Position numbers and translations under genes: made by a program
In this document: piece after piece, positions 39,901 to 53,198 of the stretch
How positions within the stretch are numbered: the first letter of the stretch is position 1
Layout of the letters: each line of letters begins with the position of its first letter
DNA from: Azolla caroliniana
Lineage: Eukaryota > Plantae > Polypodiophyta
Direction: 5' to 3'
Assembly (NCBI GenBank): GCA_043228905.1
Contig: JBHGNT010000006.1
Span: 7,626,001 to 7,690,000, forward strand
Length of the DNA stretch: 64,000 nt
Notes under the pieces: generated by a model
Database searches by the model: none
Told to the model about the DNA's origin: nothing
The model's input: the letters and a program-made list of their open reading frames with translations, nothing else

Positions 39901-39946
39901 AACTTTTGACCTCCCACTTCTTTTTGAGAGACTTGGGTGGAAATGA
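36905..39946 (+). pseudogene. LINE ORF (partial APE-RT-Cys/His domain) frameshifted at 38809-38842
   Basis: Removing the 34-bp insert restores QLERPLVMMLSRQLRSKSSVPHDIIRAEFTLPPMLVEAL, continuous with ORF 38915-39946. Confidence 0.85.
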
Positions 39947-40127
39947 GATTAGGCTTGGTGCAAAGTTTTGTACACTACTAGAACTTTCTTAGCTTAAGCT
40001 ATTTTCTTTTATTTTTAGTTTTGATGATTGGATAAACACTCATTTTTTGTTGTAACCTATTTGTCTCATGGGCCAAATTTGGCCTTAGAAGACGTTAATA
40101 TTTCTTTCTTTCTTTCTTTCTTTCTTT
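36905..40127 (+). mobile_element. 5'-truncated non-LTR retrotransposon (LINE, RTEX-like)
   Basis: Tail of the APE endonuclease (STVDY..ADH), RT (EQAGFR, FVDFRKAFD, GVKQGCPLSP, LLYADD, YVYLG), C-terminal RISSHQLEIENG..RICRLC..EDEYHF..CP.Y, 3' (TTTC)n tail at 40101-40128; possible TSD CTCTCTC. Clade assignment is from remembered motifs. Confidence 0.88.
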
Positions 40128-40137
40128 CTCTCTCGTA

Positions 40138-40166
40138 TGACGTGGAAATGTTGATCCGACGTGGCA
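40138..40166. promoter_or_regulatory. TGACGTGG (canonical UPRE) and CCGACGTGGCA motifs displaced from HRD3 by the LINE
   Basis: At 40138-40145 and 40156-40166, immediately after the LINE tail. Confidence 0.55.
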
Positions 40167-41293
40167 TTTATACGTACACACACACGTATATATATACATA
40201 ATACATATATATACTCTCTATATATATGTATGTGTATGTATATGCATAGAATGAACCATACGTATCATACGCGCATTCGCGTTTGATTGAATAAAACGTG
40301 AATGGTAAATCAACTAAAAGTTGGATTGGTTTGACACGTTTGATTGGATTAACTATGGTCTATATTATGGGCTAAATTTGCAATGAAAACAAATGAAAAA
40401 AAGAAAGAAAAAAAAAGGAGCACGTATTTTTCCCCTTTCAAACGTGTACGTTTTCAAATGTTTGAATGCCTCCACGAACACGAATATTACGTTTTATGTG
40501 TATATGTATTGACATGTTTAACTACTACCAAATATTAAAGAGGGCAAGTGAGGGAACCGCGGCCACGGACGGTGCAAGTCGCTCGGCTGAAGGCACGTGC
40601 AATCTGCACCGTCCGATGTGGATAATAAAAAAAGCGCTCGCTCAAAATTTCGCTTTATGGGTAGCTCGATGAGCCCGACCATTGAAATTGCAGGAGCCCA
40701 AGGAGCCTGAAGCAAGAGCCCGAAGCAAAAGTTCGAGGAGGCCCGACTTACCTGAGGTAGGAGCCCAACTCTGACCTATATATATAAACTGTGGTTTATG
40801 AAGAGAATTTTGAAATCTTATTTTTGTGGTGAGCGAGGGTGGGAGCGGAAAACAAAGAAGACGATTGTGCAAATTGAAACCCTAGCAGTCGGTTTATGGT
40901 TTTAAGTTGCTACTAATGCTTCTCTGTTTTTTCATTTTCCTTCCTCGTTCATTTTTTCCTTAGTTAGGAGGTGGAAAGGTGGACAACACAATTGTATGTA
41001 TGTCTTGACATGGAGTTTAGGGTTTAGCTCATCACCCAATCATTAAACAAGAACTACATTAATTTTGATGAATACCCATCAACCATAGCTATACATGTAT
41101 GTAATCTATATTGTTATATCTCATACTTATGTGGAGTAATGGATGTGTGTATATGTAAAATGTAGGGTATGATGATGATGACTTGATCACTGGTGTGATC
41201 AGTGACCATATGATTGGTCACTCTTATTATAAAATGGTCATATGATAGATGACCTTTGGAAGATATGTCCCGACCCTTTTAATGCATATGCAG

Positions 41294-41473
41294 GATAGAT
41301 ATGTGAACGTGATTGCTTGTCTTTTTCACACGCCGTTGAAGGATAATGAACCAGTTGTTGGCACGTCTACCATGTAGGTTGGGCTTGCAATGAAGAGGAA
41401 ATGGCAAGAGAGAATAAAGAAAGAAGGGAAAACATATGACAACCCCAAGTTGATTGTTGGATCTAATGTTCAA
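41294..41473 (+). pseudogene. GAD: Isolated glutamate decarboxylase exon fragment
   Basis: cag|DRYVNVIACLFHTPLKDNEPVVGTSTM*VGLAMKRKWQERIKKEGKTYDNPKLIVGSNVQ|gtatgt aligns with plant GAD NRCVNMIAHLFNAPL..AVGVGT..AGLAFKRKWQ..GKPYDKPNIVTGANVQ. It has an internal stop and a short deletion. Confidence 0.82.
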
Positions 41474-42045
41474 GTATGTTCTTTATATATACATATATCC
41501 ATAATGAATTTTGAACTTTCCGAATATCTTGAAAGTTTATTGGGCTTCATTCAGGATGTTTATGCGATGCATTATTTGGATATGTAAGCTCAAATGTATA
41601 TAATACCTTGAGAAAAGACTCCCAAAGTCTTGATTTTGATGTTATTTCTTATAATACTTTAAAACATTCTATTAGGAGTAATAGAAGAAGTAATTGCATA
41701 AGCAAGGATTATGTTTAAAGTCGTAAGCATGGGATAGTTTAACTTTATGTGTGTGTTTGTGTCATGACCTTGACCTTATGTGGCATTTGTGAGCACATTT
41801 GTATATACTTGTGTTACATATATTTCTTAATTATTATCAATCTTTGTCAGTCGTTAATGTATTTGCTTTTCTTAGTTTATTATCTATTTTAATGATCTTC
41901 TTGGTTTTTCAGCGTCAACATTATTTGATTATTCACTTCATATAGCTGAAACGGAACCTTTGTGAATGCAAGTTTTTGGGAAATTCCTATCAAGGAATCG
42001 AAAACACCAAGTTTTGTGAGCAAAGATTAGATTATCATTTGCAAG

Positions 42046-42350
42046 TTGGGCGATGCGGAGATGATGACCTGAATATAGAGTGTTGTCCTAGGACTCAAGA
42101 GGTAGTATTTGGAAGCACCTCATAGTTGAAAGTTATCACAAGCTTTGCTCCATACAGAGATCATTGAAGTTTCAGTCGGGGCTCACAGTCTCAAAGAATT
42201 GAGCGATGCAGAGATTATGACCTAAATATTGAATGTCGCCCTAGGACTCAAGAGGTAGTATTTGGAAGCACCTCGTAGTTGAAAGTTATCACAAGCTTTG
42301 CTCCATATAGAGAACACCGGAGTTTCAGTCGAGGCTCACAATCTCAGAGA
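42046..42350 (+). repeat. 153-bp (51-codon) tandem duplication in a decayed exon-like sequence
   Basis: Two copies of GCGATGC..CCTAGGACTCAAGAGGTAGTATTTGGAAGCACCTC..GGCTCACA. Confidence 0.88.
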
Positions 42351-42550
42351 CATGGACATGGTAGGGGAACAAATACTGGTGGAAGTTCACGATGATATCA
42401 GACATATTAGTTGTAGTCTTTCATGACAATAGCCTATGATGGGTGGTGAGAATCAAACCCAACTTCCCCAATGAAGTGGCTTTCACATTAGCAAGTGGAC
42501 ATAATAGGCTAGTTTGATAAATAGTCGAAAGGGTAGTTGGTATTTAAACC

Positions 42551-43179
42551 TGTTGAAGACAGCGCTCGGCCACAACCGAGGAATAGGATCTACTCACAGA
42601 AAACAGGAAATACAAAATGCACGAAGACAATAGAGAGAAGAGTACACTGGATGTTTTACGTGGAAAACCCTAAATGGGAAAAAACCACGTGAGTCCTCAA
42701 ACTCCAACTATCACTAAAACAGAGATGTACAATGGTGAAGCTACAAGGCAACAACCTTGAGCTCACTATCTTCACCACAGGCGGCGGTAATACACAGAGG
42801 CAACGACCTCTTCGTCTCTCTCTCTCTCGGCTGCTCTCACTTCGCTCCCTCTTCGTGGAAAACAGAAAAATGAGCAACAACAACAAACTGTTTGCCCTAA
42901 GTCATATTTATACACATATGACTTTCGGGCTATTTACAAATATAGCCTCAAGGGCTCTTGGCAAACATATTCACAAATATGTCCCCGCATCCGGATCTCT
43001 CTCCGGGTACATTCGTCATCCGGCTCCGTAGCCGGGGTCTTCATCATCCGGATCCGTATCCGGGTACTCTTCATCCGGCTTCATGCCGGGTACTCTTCAT
43101 CATCCGGTTCCGTAACCGCAACCGGGCTTGCTGTCATTCATCTCCGGACATCCCATCCGGAGGGACCGAAATCCCAACA
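42551..43179 (-). mobile_element. Solo LTR related to copia B, inserted in the LTR of C
   Basis: TG..CA; TSD AAACC at 42546-42550 and 43180-43184; colinear similarity to the B LTR. Confidence 0.92.
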
Positions 43180-43250
43180 AAACCAACCCTTTATAACTTA
43201 GTTACTGTTGGATGTAATGCATCCTTTGCTAATATAACTTATTGTTCTAA

Positions 43251-43316
<66 letters not shown>

Positions 43317-46300
43317 TGTCTCATGTACACACACACAAAGTTCACTTCTGTTGCACAACATCACCTACACCTCCCGTTTCTTTACATGGTTGCAGAGCGT
43401 GTGGTTTTTTTATCGAGATTGTTCAACTATGTTGTGTCTTTCGCCTACGGTCAAAACAGAATCAACTTAGCTTCAGAGAAGAAAAACACCACCATGAACA
43501 CTCAAATGGGAACTGCTCTTCCAACAGAGAAGCTTGACATGACAAATTTTGCATATTTGGAATATAAGATGCATCAATACCTTGTCGGTCAAGGAATTTG
43601 GAGTTATATCGAGGGAGCACAAGAAACGCAACCCAACCCAACACACGCCGACTACCCAACATGGAAGCAAGTGGCAAGTCGTGTGTTTGTATTTCCTTGC
43701 ATCATACGTTCACGATCACATGCTCGGCTATATTCGAGAGTCAAAAATGCCAAAGGAAGCTTGGAGCAACCTCAAGAAGATTTTCGCGGCCAATATGGTT
43801 GCACGCAAACTTCAGCTCCGTCAGGAGGTAAACATTATTCAGCAAAGGGATATGTAGATCACCAACTATACCTTGAAGATCAAGGAGTTGTGCAATGGCC
43901 TCAGATTGATCAATGTCATCATCAATGATGATGAAATGGTACAAATATGCCTCAGCGACTTAACACCAGGATTTGGCATGATCATATCGGTCATCTTGCA
44001 AGGGAGAATCCTCCCTCATTTTTTGACCTATAGTCGATACTGTTGGTCGAAGAAAATCACGTCCGAAAAAGGGGCAATGTGCCCGATGATCAGATGCTCT
44101 ACTCCCAGTCAAATGAGGTACGAGGATTCGGTCGAGGAAACGTAGGTCGATAGGGTCAATCAACCCGAGAACGCAACTCCCACCATTGGCAGGAGGCTAA
44201 GAACTCACAAAGGGAGTTCAACAGAAGGGGGAGCCACCCTACCAGACCAAGCCACAAAAACAACCCGATCGAGTGCGGGTACTGTGGAAAACTCGGCCAC
44301 TACGAAGAGGAGTGCCGAAAGAAGAAATGAGAGTTGGATTCGACCATTCGACAACTCACAAAATATGCCACGAATTCCGATTATGATGATCATGGCGGAA
44401 TGTTCGTAATGAGGCATAAAACACATTCAATGTCGGCACAGGGTCCAACTAGCACCTCTTCTTCAGAAAATGTATGGTTTGTTGACTCAGGAGCATTCAA
44501 TCATATGATGTTGCATGAAGATTGGTTCTGAGAATTATGAAAGCATGATCGACCTGGCTCAGTCAAAACTCGAGATGACACAACTCACCCCATTCGGCAT
44601 ATTAGAAACGTCCTAGTTGGGAATGACGGCAAGCAAATCTGGCTCAAGAACGTCTTGCATGTCCCAACCATCACAAAAAATATGGTCTCAATCAGCCAGA
44701 TAGTAGAACAACGCATGCAAGTGCAGTTCAACAATGAAAGGTACTTCATTGAAAAAGATGATCGACTCATAGCTCACAGTCGACGAGAAGGCCAAATGTT
44801 CATCCTCGAGTCGAACGAGGTAAAGTCAACCATGTTTGCAAAAGGCATCAAAGTCGACACCGACTTGAAATTGTGGCACAAGAGAATCAACCACATCAAT
44901 TTTCAAAAGCTCTAGAACATGCACCCGAAAGGAGTCGTCATCGGACTCCCGAATTTTACAGAAAGAGAGAGCACTGGCATATGTGAAGCGTGCCAATTCG
45001 GCAAACAACAATGACATCCATTCCCAACAGAGAGGAATGTGAGCAAAAGAGTCTTGGACATAATCCACTTCGATGTATGGAGATTGGCACAAACAACCAC
45101 ATTCGGCAGATGCCAATATTATGCGACATTCATCAACAACTTCTCTAGGCACACCTAGATCTACCCTTTGCGGCAAAAGAGCGAAGTGTTTAGACACTTC
45201 CAAACATTTAAGAACAAAGTCAAAAAAGCCACAAGTCGGCATGTCCAATGCCTTCGATCAGACGAGGGCAAGGAGTACTTCTCGGACGAATTTACAACTT
45301 ATCTCTGAAAAGAAGGAATTCGACAAGAATTCTTGTGCCGATACACACCTTAGCAAAATGGAGTAACCAAACGTAAGAATCGGCACATAGTAGAGGTGGC
45401 AAGGGCAATGATGAACGAGAAGCACCTGCCTAAGTCGTATTGGGCAAAAGCGGCTACCTTAGTTATCTACCTTATGAATAGGTGTACAACCTCTGGGGTA
45501 CACGATGTCACCCCTCACGAGAAGTTCTTCAGGAAGAAGTCGGATTTTTCCCACGTTAGGATATTCGTCTCAATCGCTTATGTGCATGTTTCCGACGAGA
45601 AGCAACAAAAGATTGATCTGAAGTCGAAGAAATGTATCCTCGTAGGGTACTCACTTGAACAAAAGGGGTACAAATGTTACAATCCATCTACCCAAAAAGT
45701 TTGAGTGAGTCGAGACATAGTTTTCAACGAACTGGCATCCTGGTACGAACTAGAGACGACTCCGACCTAAACTTTGGTCAACCCACTCGGATTCGGCTGA
45801 CCAAGAGATAGACAATGAAGATCTATAACGATTAGACTCAGTGGACCTCAAGAGCCGTCGAGCGATCAAAGCATATCTCGACTGAGTCCAAAGTTGGACA
45901 AAGGAAAGGCCAAAATGTTGGAATACGAAGATACGGTCGACAATGAGTTCAAAGGCCTTGGTGTCCTAGTTATCCAAAAAAATGGAGTTAAGAAAGCCAT
46001 AATTGCTGCAAACGACGCCCGACAGAAAAACCCAACTAGCCGATTTGGCTACAACGACTATATGACATATCATTATGCCTTTATGATGAAGGTGGCGACA
46101 GTCTGAGAACCGGAAATTGTTTCTAAGGTAGCCAAGGCTCGAAGCCATGAACGAAGAAATGTAGGCTCTATGCAAGAATGAAACATGGGATCTCGTCCCC
46201 CGCTCCTCACACAAGAAAGCGATCGGTTGCAGATGGATATATAAAGTGAAATATAATGCCAACATCTCGATAAACTACTAGAAGGCACGACTTGTAGCTA

Positions 46301-46686
46301 AGGGATATGCTCAAACACATGGAGTCGACTGTGAGGAGACCTTTGCCTCGAATAGTTATTGCATTCGCAGTTGCTAAAGGGTGGCACCTCCATCAAATGG
46401 ATGTAAAGAACACCTTCTTACAAGGTGAATTAGACGAGGAGGTTTTCATGATTCAACCACCTGGTTTCGAATCGACCAAGCATCCGACCGTAGTCTATTG
46501 TCTCAAAGAAGCCATTGTATAGACTCAAGCAAGCACCACATGCTTGGCACTCGAAGATCACTCAGTATCTTCACCAAATCGGCTTTTGAATGTCAAAATC
46601 GGATAATTCCCTCTACATCAAAAGAGAGTCGAACAAACTCAATTGTCATCATCCTTTACATAGATGATCTGGTCATCAGAGGGAAG

Positions 46687-49600
46687 TGTAAAGAACCGGT
46701 GATGATTCTGTGTAGCGGAGGAACTGAGTGTGTGTGTGTGAGAGAGAGAGATACAGAAAAACAGAAAACTGTATTACAAGGAAACAAGAATGACCAACAA
46801 TTACAAAGAGAAGGAGAAGGTGCTTATGTAGTCACCTTCTCTCTAGATTCTCTCACTAGAGTCAGATCTTGGGAAGAGGTAGAGTCTTAACTACTTAAAG
46901 AATATGTGTCATGGGATATCAACTTTTATGAAACATTAGTTACTATACAAGGGGGTGGGGTGGTCACACACTTGAGTATTTAAAGAGTGTGTTCCCACGC
47001 ACGGGACATTGAGTTTGATTCTCAACATGCCCCTTCAAACACAACTTGCGGATGTCGGATGGTTGGTTCAGATTGGTCTTCGGGTCGGCTTTGAGTTTAC
47101 TCTAGCTTCGGCATCGAATGGCCGGTTCACTCCTACTGCTCCTTACTTCCCCTCTAGCTCGGTTGGTCGATGGTCGAAAGACCTAGGTTTGTCGTGAATT
47201 GTCGTAGCTTGTCAACTCTGAGGGCCTTGGTGAAGATATCGGTTATCTGCAGATTTGTGCTAATGTGTTGCAGGTCGACATCATTGGCCAAAACACGCTC
47301 TCGGATAAAGTGATAGTGCACTTTGATGTGCTTAGTTTGAGCATGGAAGACTGGGTTCCGAGTGAGGTGAATACTGCTCATGTTGTCGAAGTAGAGGAGA
47401 ATCGGATCCTTGGTGGGAATGCACAGATCCTTCAAGATTCTCTTGAGCCAAACGGTTTCACATGCGGCGACGGTCATGCCCCTGTATTCGGCTTCAGTGC
47501 TGGACAATGCGACCGTCGACAACTTTTTGCTGCTCCAGGAGATGGCTCCGTTGCCAAGGGAGAAGACAAATCCGGATGTCGATCGTCAGTCGGCTTTGTA
47601 GCCTGCTCAGTCGGCATCAGTATACCCTTTGAGTTGAATCAGTGTGTCCAAGCTGTAGAGGATGCCGAAATCCATCGTCCCACTCACATAATGTAACACT
47701 CGCTTAACACAATCCAAGTGAGTGGTTCTTGGTGCTTGCATGAATTGGTTAAGGAGGCCGATTGGGTAACTTAGGTCGGGTCGGGTGATTGTGAGGTAGA
47801 TGAGGCTTCCGACTAGTTGACGATAGAGCGTCGACTCACACTCTCTAGTGCCAGAGTCGGCATCTAGCTTTGGATTTCAATCGAGAGGGGTAGTGACGAG
47901 CTTACACTTTGTCATCCCAAACTTGTAAATAAGATTTTGGATATAGTGCCTTTCAGAAAGCATGATGTTGTATGGAATTCGAATTACTTTTATTCTTAGA
48001 AAGTAACGGAGCTCTTTCATATCTTTTGGAGAGAAGCTTCTTGATGTGCTCAATATCTACTAAATGCTCTCCTCCTATGACCAAGTCATCCACGTAAATG
48101 ACAATAAATCCTCTAGAATCGCTCTAGATGAATAGAGAGTTGTCGAACTTAGACATGTTGAAACCGATTTGATGAAGTTATTGTGTTATCTTTGAATGTC
48201 ATGCTCTCGATGCCTGCTTGAAACCGTAGAGAGGTGTTTTGAGTCGGCAGACAATAGTCTGGTGCATAGTTGACTTGTATCCGGGCGGTTGTATCATGTA
48301 CACCTCCTCGTCTAACTCACCTTGTAGGAAGGTGTTAGCACAATCACGATCAGAATGGTAGTCATCTTTGCCACTAGGGCAACAATCTCTTCATAATCGA
48401 CATTGTGTGTCTGCGCATAGCCTTTTCCACAAGTCGGGCCTTGTACCGATTGACAGTATCGTCGACGTTGTGATTCACTTTGAAGATCCACCAGCATCCA
48501 ATTGCCTTTTGGTGGTGTGATGAAGGGACGAGATCCCATGTCTCGTTCTTGGAGAGTGCTTACATCTCCTCATTCATCAATTCGACCCATCTGGGGTCCT
48601 TCGTGGCTTCGGAAAAGGTTTCTGGTTCTCAAACTGTCGCCACTCTCATCATCATGAATGCATAATGATATGTCATGTAGTCATTGTAGCTGAATCAGCT
48701 GACTACGTTCTTCTCTCAAGTGGAGCGACGTGGTTGTCCTGGTGTCCTCATGATGGGCACATCCAGTCCACCATGCTCACTGTCAGGTGAATGGTGCGAT
48801 TTGTTTCTATCTAAGTCTTCGTACTCAAGCATTTTGGCTATTCCTTTGTCTTGTTTCAGACTTAGCTACGACGTGCTTTGGTCGCTCGAAGGATCTCGTG
48901 GTCCACTCAACCTGGTTGAGATTGGACTTTCTTTTGATGTGAGCCTCGGTTGATCATCCTCCTATGCATATGTGTCAAACTCTGTTTCAACTGTGTCAGA
49001 TGCGGTTGATTGACTGTATACCAGGATGCCGACTCGTCGAATACAACATCCCTACTCACTCGTACCTTCTTGGTGGAAGGGTTGAAGCGCTTATACCCTT
49101 TTTTCTTGAGTGAGTACCCTACGAGTATACATTTCTCTGACTTGGGATCGAGCTTCTCTCGCTTCTCGTCGGGAATATGCACATAGGCTATTGAACTGAA
49201 TATCCTGACGTGGTGTTGAGAATCAAGCTCAACTTGGTCTAGTGTGTGAACTCACCTTGAGAGTGAAGAGACACTCCAACGGTCAAGAGTCACCATTATG
49301 TCACCACTTTGTATTCTAGCATTTAGTATGAGTCATAGAATCATATTCTATGACACATAACTTATGAGCTTTCACATTCCCCATGCTCCATGAGTCTTGT
49401 AGTTAATGAAGAGAGAGGGTGACTACATAAAGCACCCTCCTCCCACCTTGTAAAATGTTGAGTCTTTCTCCTTTGTCAATATACTTTTACCTTGCGTATT
49501 CCTTGTCTCTCTCACTCTCTCTCTCATACACACACATAACTCATATCTCTTCCGCTTCACAAGAATCTATCTCTTGATTCTTTACACGTGGCATAGATTT

Positions 49601-51747
49601 GGTTTCTTCCCATAGAACTTTTTGCAGGGGGTAACATTGTGCACTCCTAATGTTGTGCAACGATTCATAAGATAGACGGTCATATTCGCTGCTTTAGCCC
49701 AATATGACTTTGGCAGATGTTTCTCGTTCATCATTGCCCTTGCCACCTCAAGTATGTGTTGGTTCTTGCGTTTGGCTACTCCGTTCTATTGAGGTGTGTG
49801 TCTGCAGGTAAACTCCCGCCGGATTCCTTCTTGGCGAAGGTATGTTGTAAAGGCATCGAAGAAGTACTCGTTGTCGTCGTCTGATCGAAGGCATCGAACA
49901 TGCCAACCAGTTGCCTTTTCAACTTCGTTTTTGAACTTTTGGAAGTGTCTGAACACTTCTCTCTTTTGCCGCATGGGATAAATCCCGGCATGTCTAGAGA
50001 AGTTGTTGATGAACATTACGTAGTACTGACAACCACTGAATGTTGCCATCCGGGCTGGTCCCCATATATCTGAATGTATTACATCTAGGATCACTTTGCT
50101 TACGTTCCTCTCCTTTGGGAAAGATTGTTGTTTGCCCAATTGGCAAGCTTCACACATGTGATGACTCCTTTCGGTTGCATTCCTTTCAGCTTTTGAAGGT
50201 TAATGTGGACAATTCGTTTGTGCTACAACTCCATGTCAGTGTTGTTGGCATACATTGCCGATTTCATCTCGTGAGAGTCGAGGATGAACATTCGATCTTC
50301 TTTCCGACCCCGAGCGATAAAGTCGGCCTTTCGATGAAGCAACCTCCATCATTGAACCGAACTTGCATGCCCTGTTCCACAATCTAGCCAACCAAGACCA
50401 ACTTCTCCGTTATTATCAGAACATGCAAGACATTTTTTATGTAGGTCTGATTGCCCTCTTCGTCGAACGGGACATTGCCGACATGCTGAATGGGGTGAAT
50501 TGTGTCATCCCTAGTTTCCACATAGTTGGGTCGTTCAGGCTTTTATACTATAGCTCCTTGAACCAATCCTCATGAGATGTCATGTGGTTGGATGCACCCG
50601 AGTCGATCAACCATACATCTTCTGGTTTGGAGGTGTTGGTCGGGTTGGAGGTTGTCATGGTGCCGCATCACAAACATTCCGCCACGATTGTAGTCGGAGT
50701 TGGAGGCATAGTTTGTGAGTTGTCGGCTTGTGGAGGCCGACTCACTCTTCTTTTTCCGACACTCTACCTTATAGTGGCCGAATTTACCATAGTATCCGCA
50801 CTGGGTGGGATTGTTTTGTCGGTTGGGTTCGGCTTGATTGCTCCCCCTTCTTCGGACGCTTCGCCTTGCTCGTTCAAAACGTCTTGTTGGTAGTAGAAGT
50901 TATGTTCTCAGGGTTGCTCTTGGTTATGTTGACCTTGGCCGAATCAGCTTGTTCTTCCACGACCTTGTCCTCTTCCTCCTTCGAAGTTCGAATAGAGAAT
51001 TTGTCCTTCTTGCTCATTGCTTCTTGTTCGTACATGATTCTCCTCGACCAACAACATCGATTGGAGATCGAAGAAGGAGGTAGGATTCTCCCTCGCAAGG
51101 ATTGCTGACCGAATGGCTCCGAACTGAGGTGCTAAGCCTCTGAGGCAAATTTGCACCATTTCATCGTCGTCAATGCTAACATAGATCGACCCGAGGGCAC
51201 CGCATAGCTCCTGGATCTTCAAGGTGTAACAATTGATTGACATGTCCCTCTATTGTATACCGTTCAACTCTTGACGGAGTTGAAGCCTTCTTGCGGTCGT
51301 GTTGGCCGCAAAAATCTCCTTGAAGTTCACCCACACCTCCTTCGGCATTTTGGCCTCTCAGATGTAGTTGAGCATGTGATCATGGATGCATGATGAAAGG
51401 CAATACAACACACAACATGTGTTGGGTTGGGTTGATTTTCGTTTGCCCATTCGACATAACTCCAATAGCCTTGGACGACAAGTTATTGGTGCATATTGTA
51501 CTCCCAAGATGCAAAGTTGTTTTTGTTGAGTTTTTCGATAGGAAGAGCGCTTCCCATCCGAGTGTTCATTGTCGAACTTCTTGTTCTCTTTGATATGAAT
51601 TGTGGAGGTTGTTGCTACAGTGATCAGTCGGTTCTTTCCGAACACGGGATTGAGCACAACACATGTAGAGGTGATGGGTTTCGATCAAACAACCACGTGC
51701 TCTGATACCATGTAAAGAATCAATAATGATTTTGTGCAGCGGAAGAA

Positions 51748-51807
<60 letters not shown>

Positions 51808-52087
51808 GATATACAAAAAAACATAAAACTATATTACAAGGAAACAAGAATGACCAATAGTTACAAAGAGAAGGAGAAGGTGCTTATGTAGTCACCTTCT
51901 CTGTAGATTCTCTCACTAGAATCACCTCTTGGGAAGACGTAGAGTCTTAACTACTTAAAGAATATGTGTCATAAGATATTAACGTCTATGACACACTAGT
52001 TACTATACAAGGAGGAAGGGTGGTCACACACTTGAGTATTTCTAGAGTATGTTCCCACTCACGGGACATTGAGTTTGATTCTCAACA
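46687..52087 (-). mobile_element. Full-length but decayed Ty1/copia element D (relative of C) nested in the RT of C
   Basis: LTRs 46687-47027 and 51711-52087 (diverged); TSD GGAAG at 46682-46686 and 52088-52092; Met PBS at 51699-51710; CEACQLGKQ, HSDIWGP, LSSTEAEY fragments. Confidence 0.93.
49214..49586 (+). mobile_element. Solo LTR inside the integrase of D
   Basis: TGTTGAGAATC...TTTACA; TSD CGTGG at 49209-49213 and 49587-49591. Confidence 0.92.
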
Positions 52088-53180
52088 GGAAGAATCTAAC
52101 CGATATTAGTAAGGTCAAATCACTCCTATCCGACATATTCGAAATAAAAGATATGCACGAGCTCCACTACTTCCTCGGTATTGAAGTAATTCTGACACCA
52201 GTCAGGATAATGATCTCCCAAAGACACTACATTCTCAACTTGCTCTATAAGTTCGGAATGATTGAGTGCAAACATGTGTCAACCCCCCTCGATCACAACC
52301 TTAAGCTCGATGTCGACTCAGGCACAAAAGAGTGTGAGCCAACTCAGTATCGTCAACTGGTTGACAACTTAATCTATCTAACCATCACATGACCCGACCT
52401 CAGCTATCTAGTTGGTCTGTTTAGCCAATTCATGCAGAAACCTCAGGATATTCATCTGGATTATGCTAAGAGCGTACTTAGGTATGTTCGTGGGACGACG
52501 GATTACGACATCATGTATACTTGTCGTGGAGAAAACCGTCCCTAGGCGGAAACCAGGTATAACGTGCGTAAACCGGCCCTTACACGTGGGCACAAGTTTT
52601 GTTGTATAGTACGTAGGTAGGTACAAGTCGCCTGAGGCGAAATCCTAGGTAGTACGCGTTCGGTAGGGAGGAAATCGAGGCGTATCCTTGCCCGAAAGGA
52701 CAGGGAATAAAACATGTTGTAACGAGTGGTAACGGCTTCCCTCCTTGGGTTATAAAAGAGAGGGAGAAGTGAGAGAAATACATCAGGGTTTTGGGAGCGA
52801 GGAGGGAAGGCTGTCGGACCGGGACCGAGCTCTCTCCTCCATCGTTCGACTTTCTCTGCAGGATTTCGAATTGTGTTGCCTCTACTTCGTGGACAGCCCG
52901 TGTGCTTCCGGTAGAGGCTCCACTGTGCAGTTGGGCTGAGTGCGTGCATGAGCATCGTGTGTATGTGTGTGTGTCCGCTTGGGTTGAGTCCGTCGCCGGC
53001 TTGCCAGTTGTAATCATTGTCGACTGTAATTAAGACTTTGCTCTCGGTCTCTTTCCTCCTCTGTGTTTCTGCAAGCTACTCTCTCTCTCTCTCTCTCCCC
53101 TCTTTCTCACGCCCCTTGGTTCAAGGCCCCCGCGGTCCCGCCTCTTTCCGAATGCGAAGAGCGAAACAACACGACATATT

Positions 53181-53198
53181 TGGTGAACCCGACGTGAA
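53181..53198 (+). other. Primer-binding site complementary to the 3' end of cytosolic tRNA-Trp
   Basis: TGGTGAACCCGACGTGAA is the reverse complement of TTCACGTCGGGTTCACCA; the F copy at 59426-59443 has one mismatch. Confidence 0.85.

Larger units (their letters stand above)
42444..52521 (+). mobile_element. Degenerate Ty1/copia element C (5' LTR about 42444-43386; interrupted by a solo LTR, element D and gypsy E; 3' end not seen in the window)
   Basis: LTR end TTTACA plus degenerate PBS TGGTTGCAGAGC; gag MNTQMGTALPTEKLD at 43494; CGYCGKLGHYEEEC, WFVDSGA, LWHKRINH, QMDVKNTFLQG, LYIDDL; RT resumes at 52093. Confidence 0.88.

Noticed and set aside
36866-40168. Shared 15-mer ATCCGACGTGGCATT as the LINE TSD
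   Set aside because: Neither copy abuts the LINE ends, so it is better read as repeated promoter motifs.
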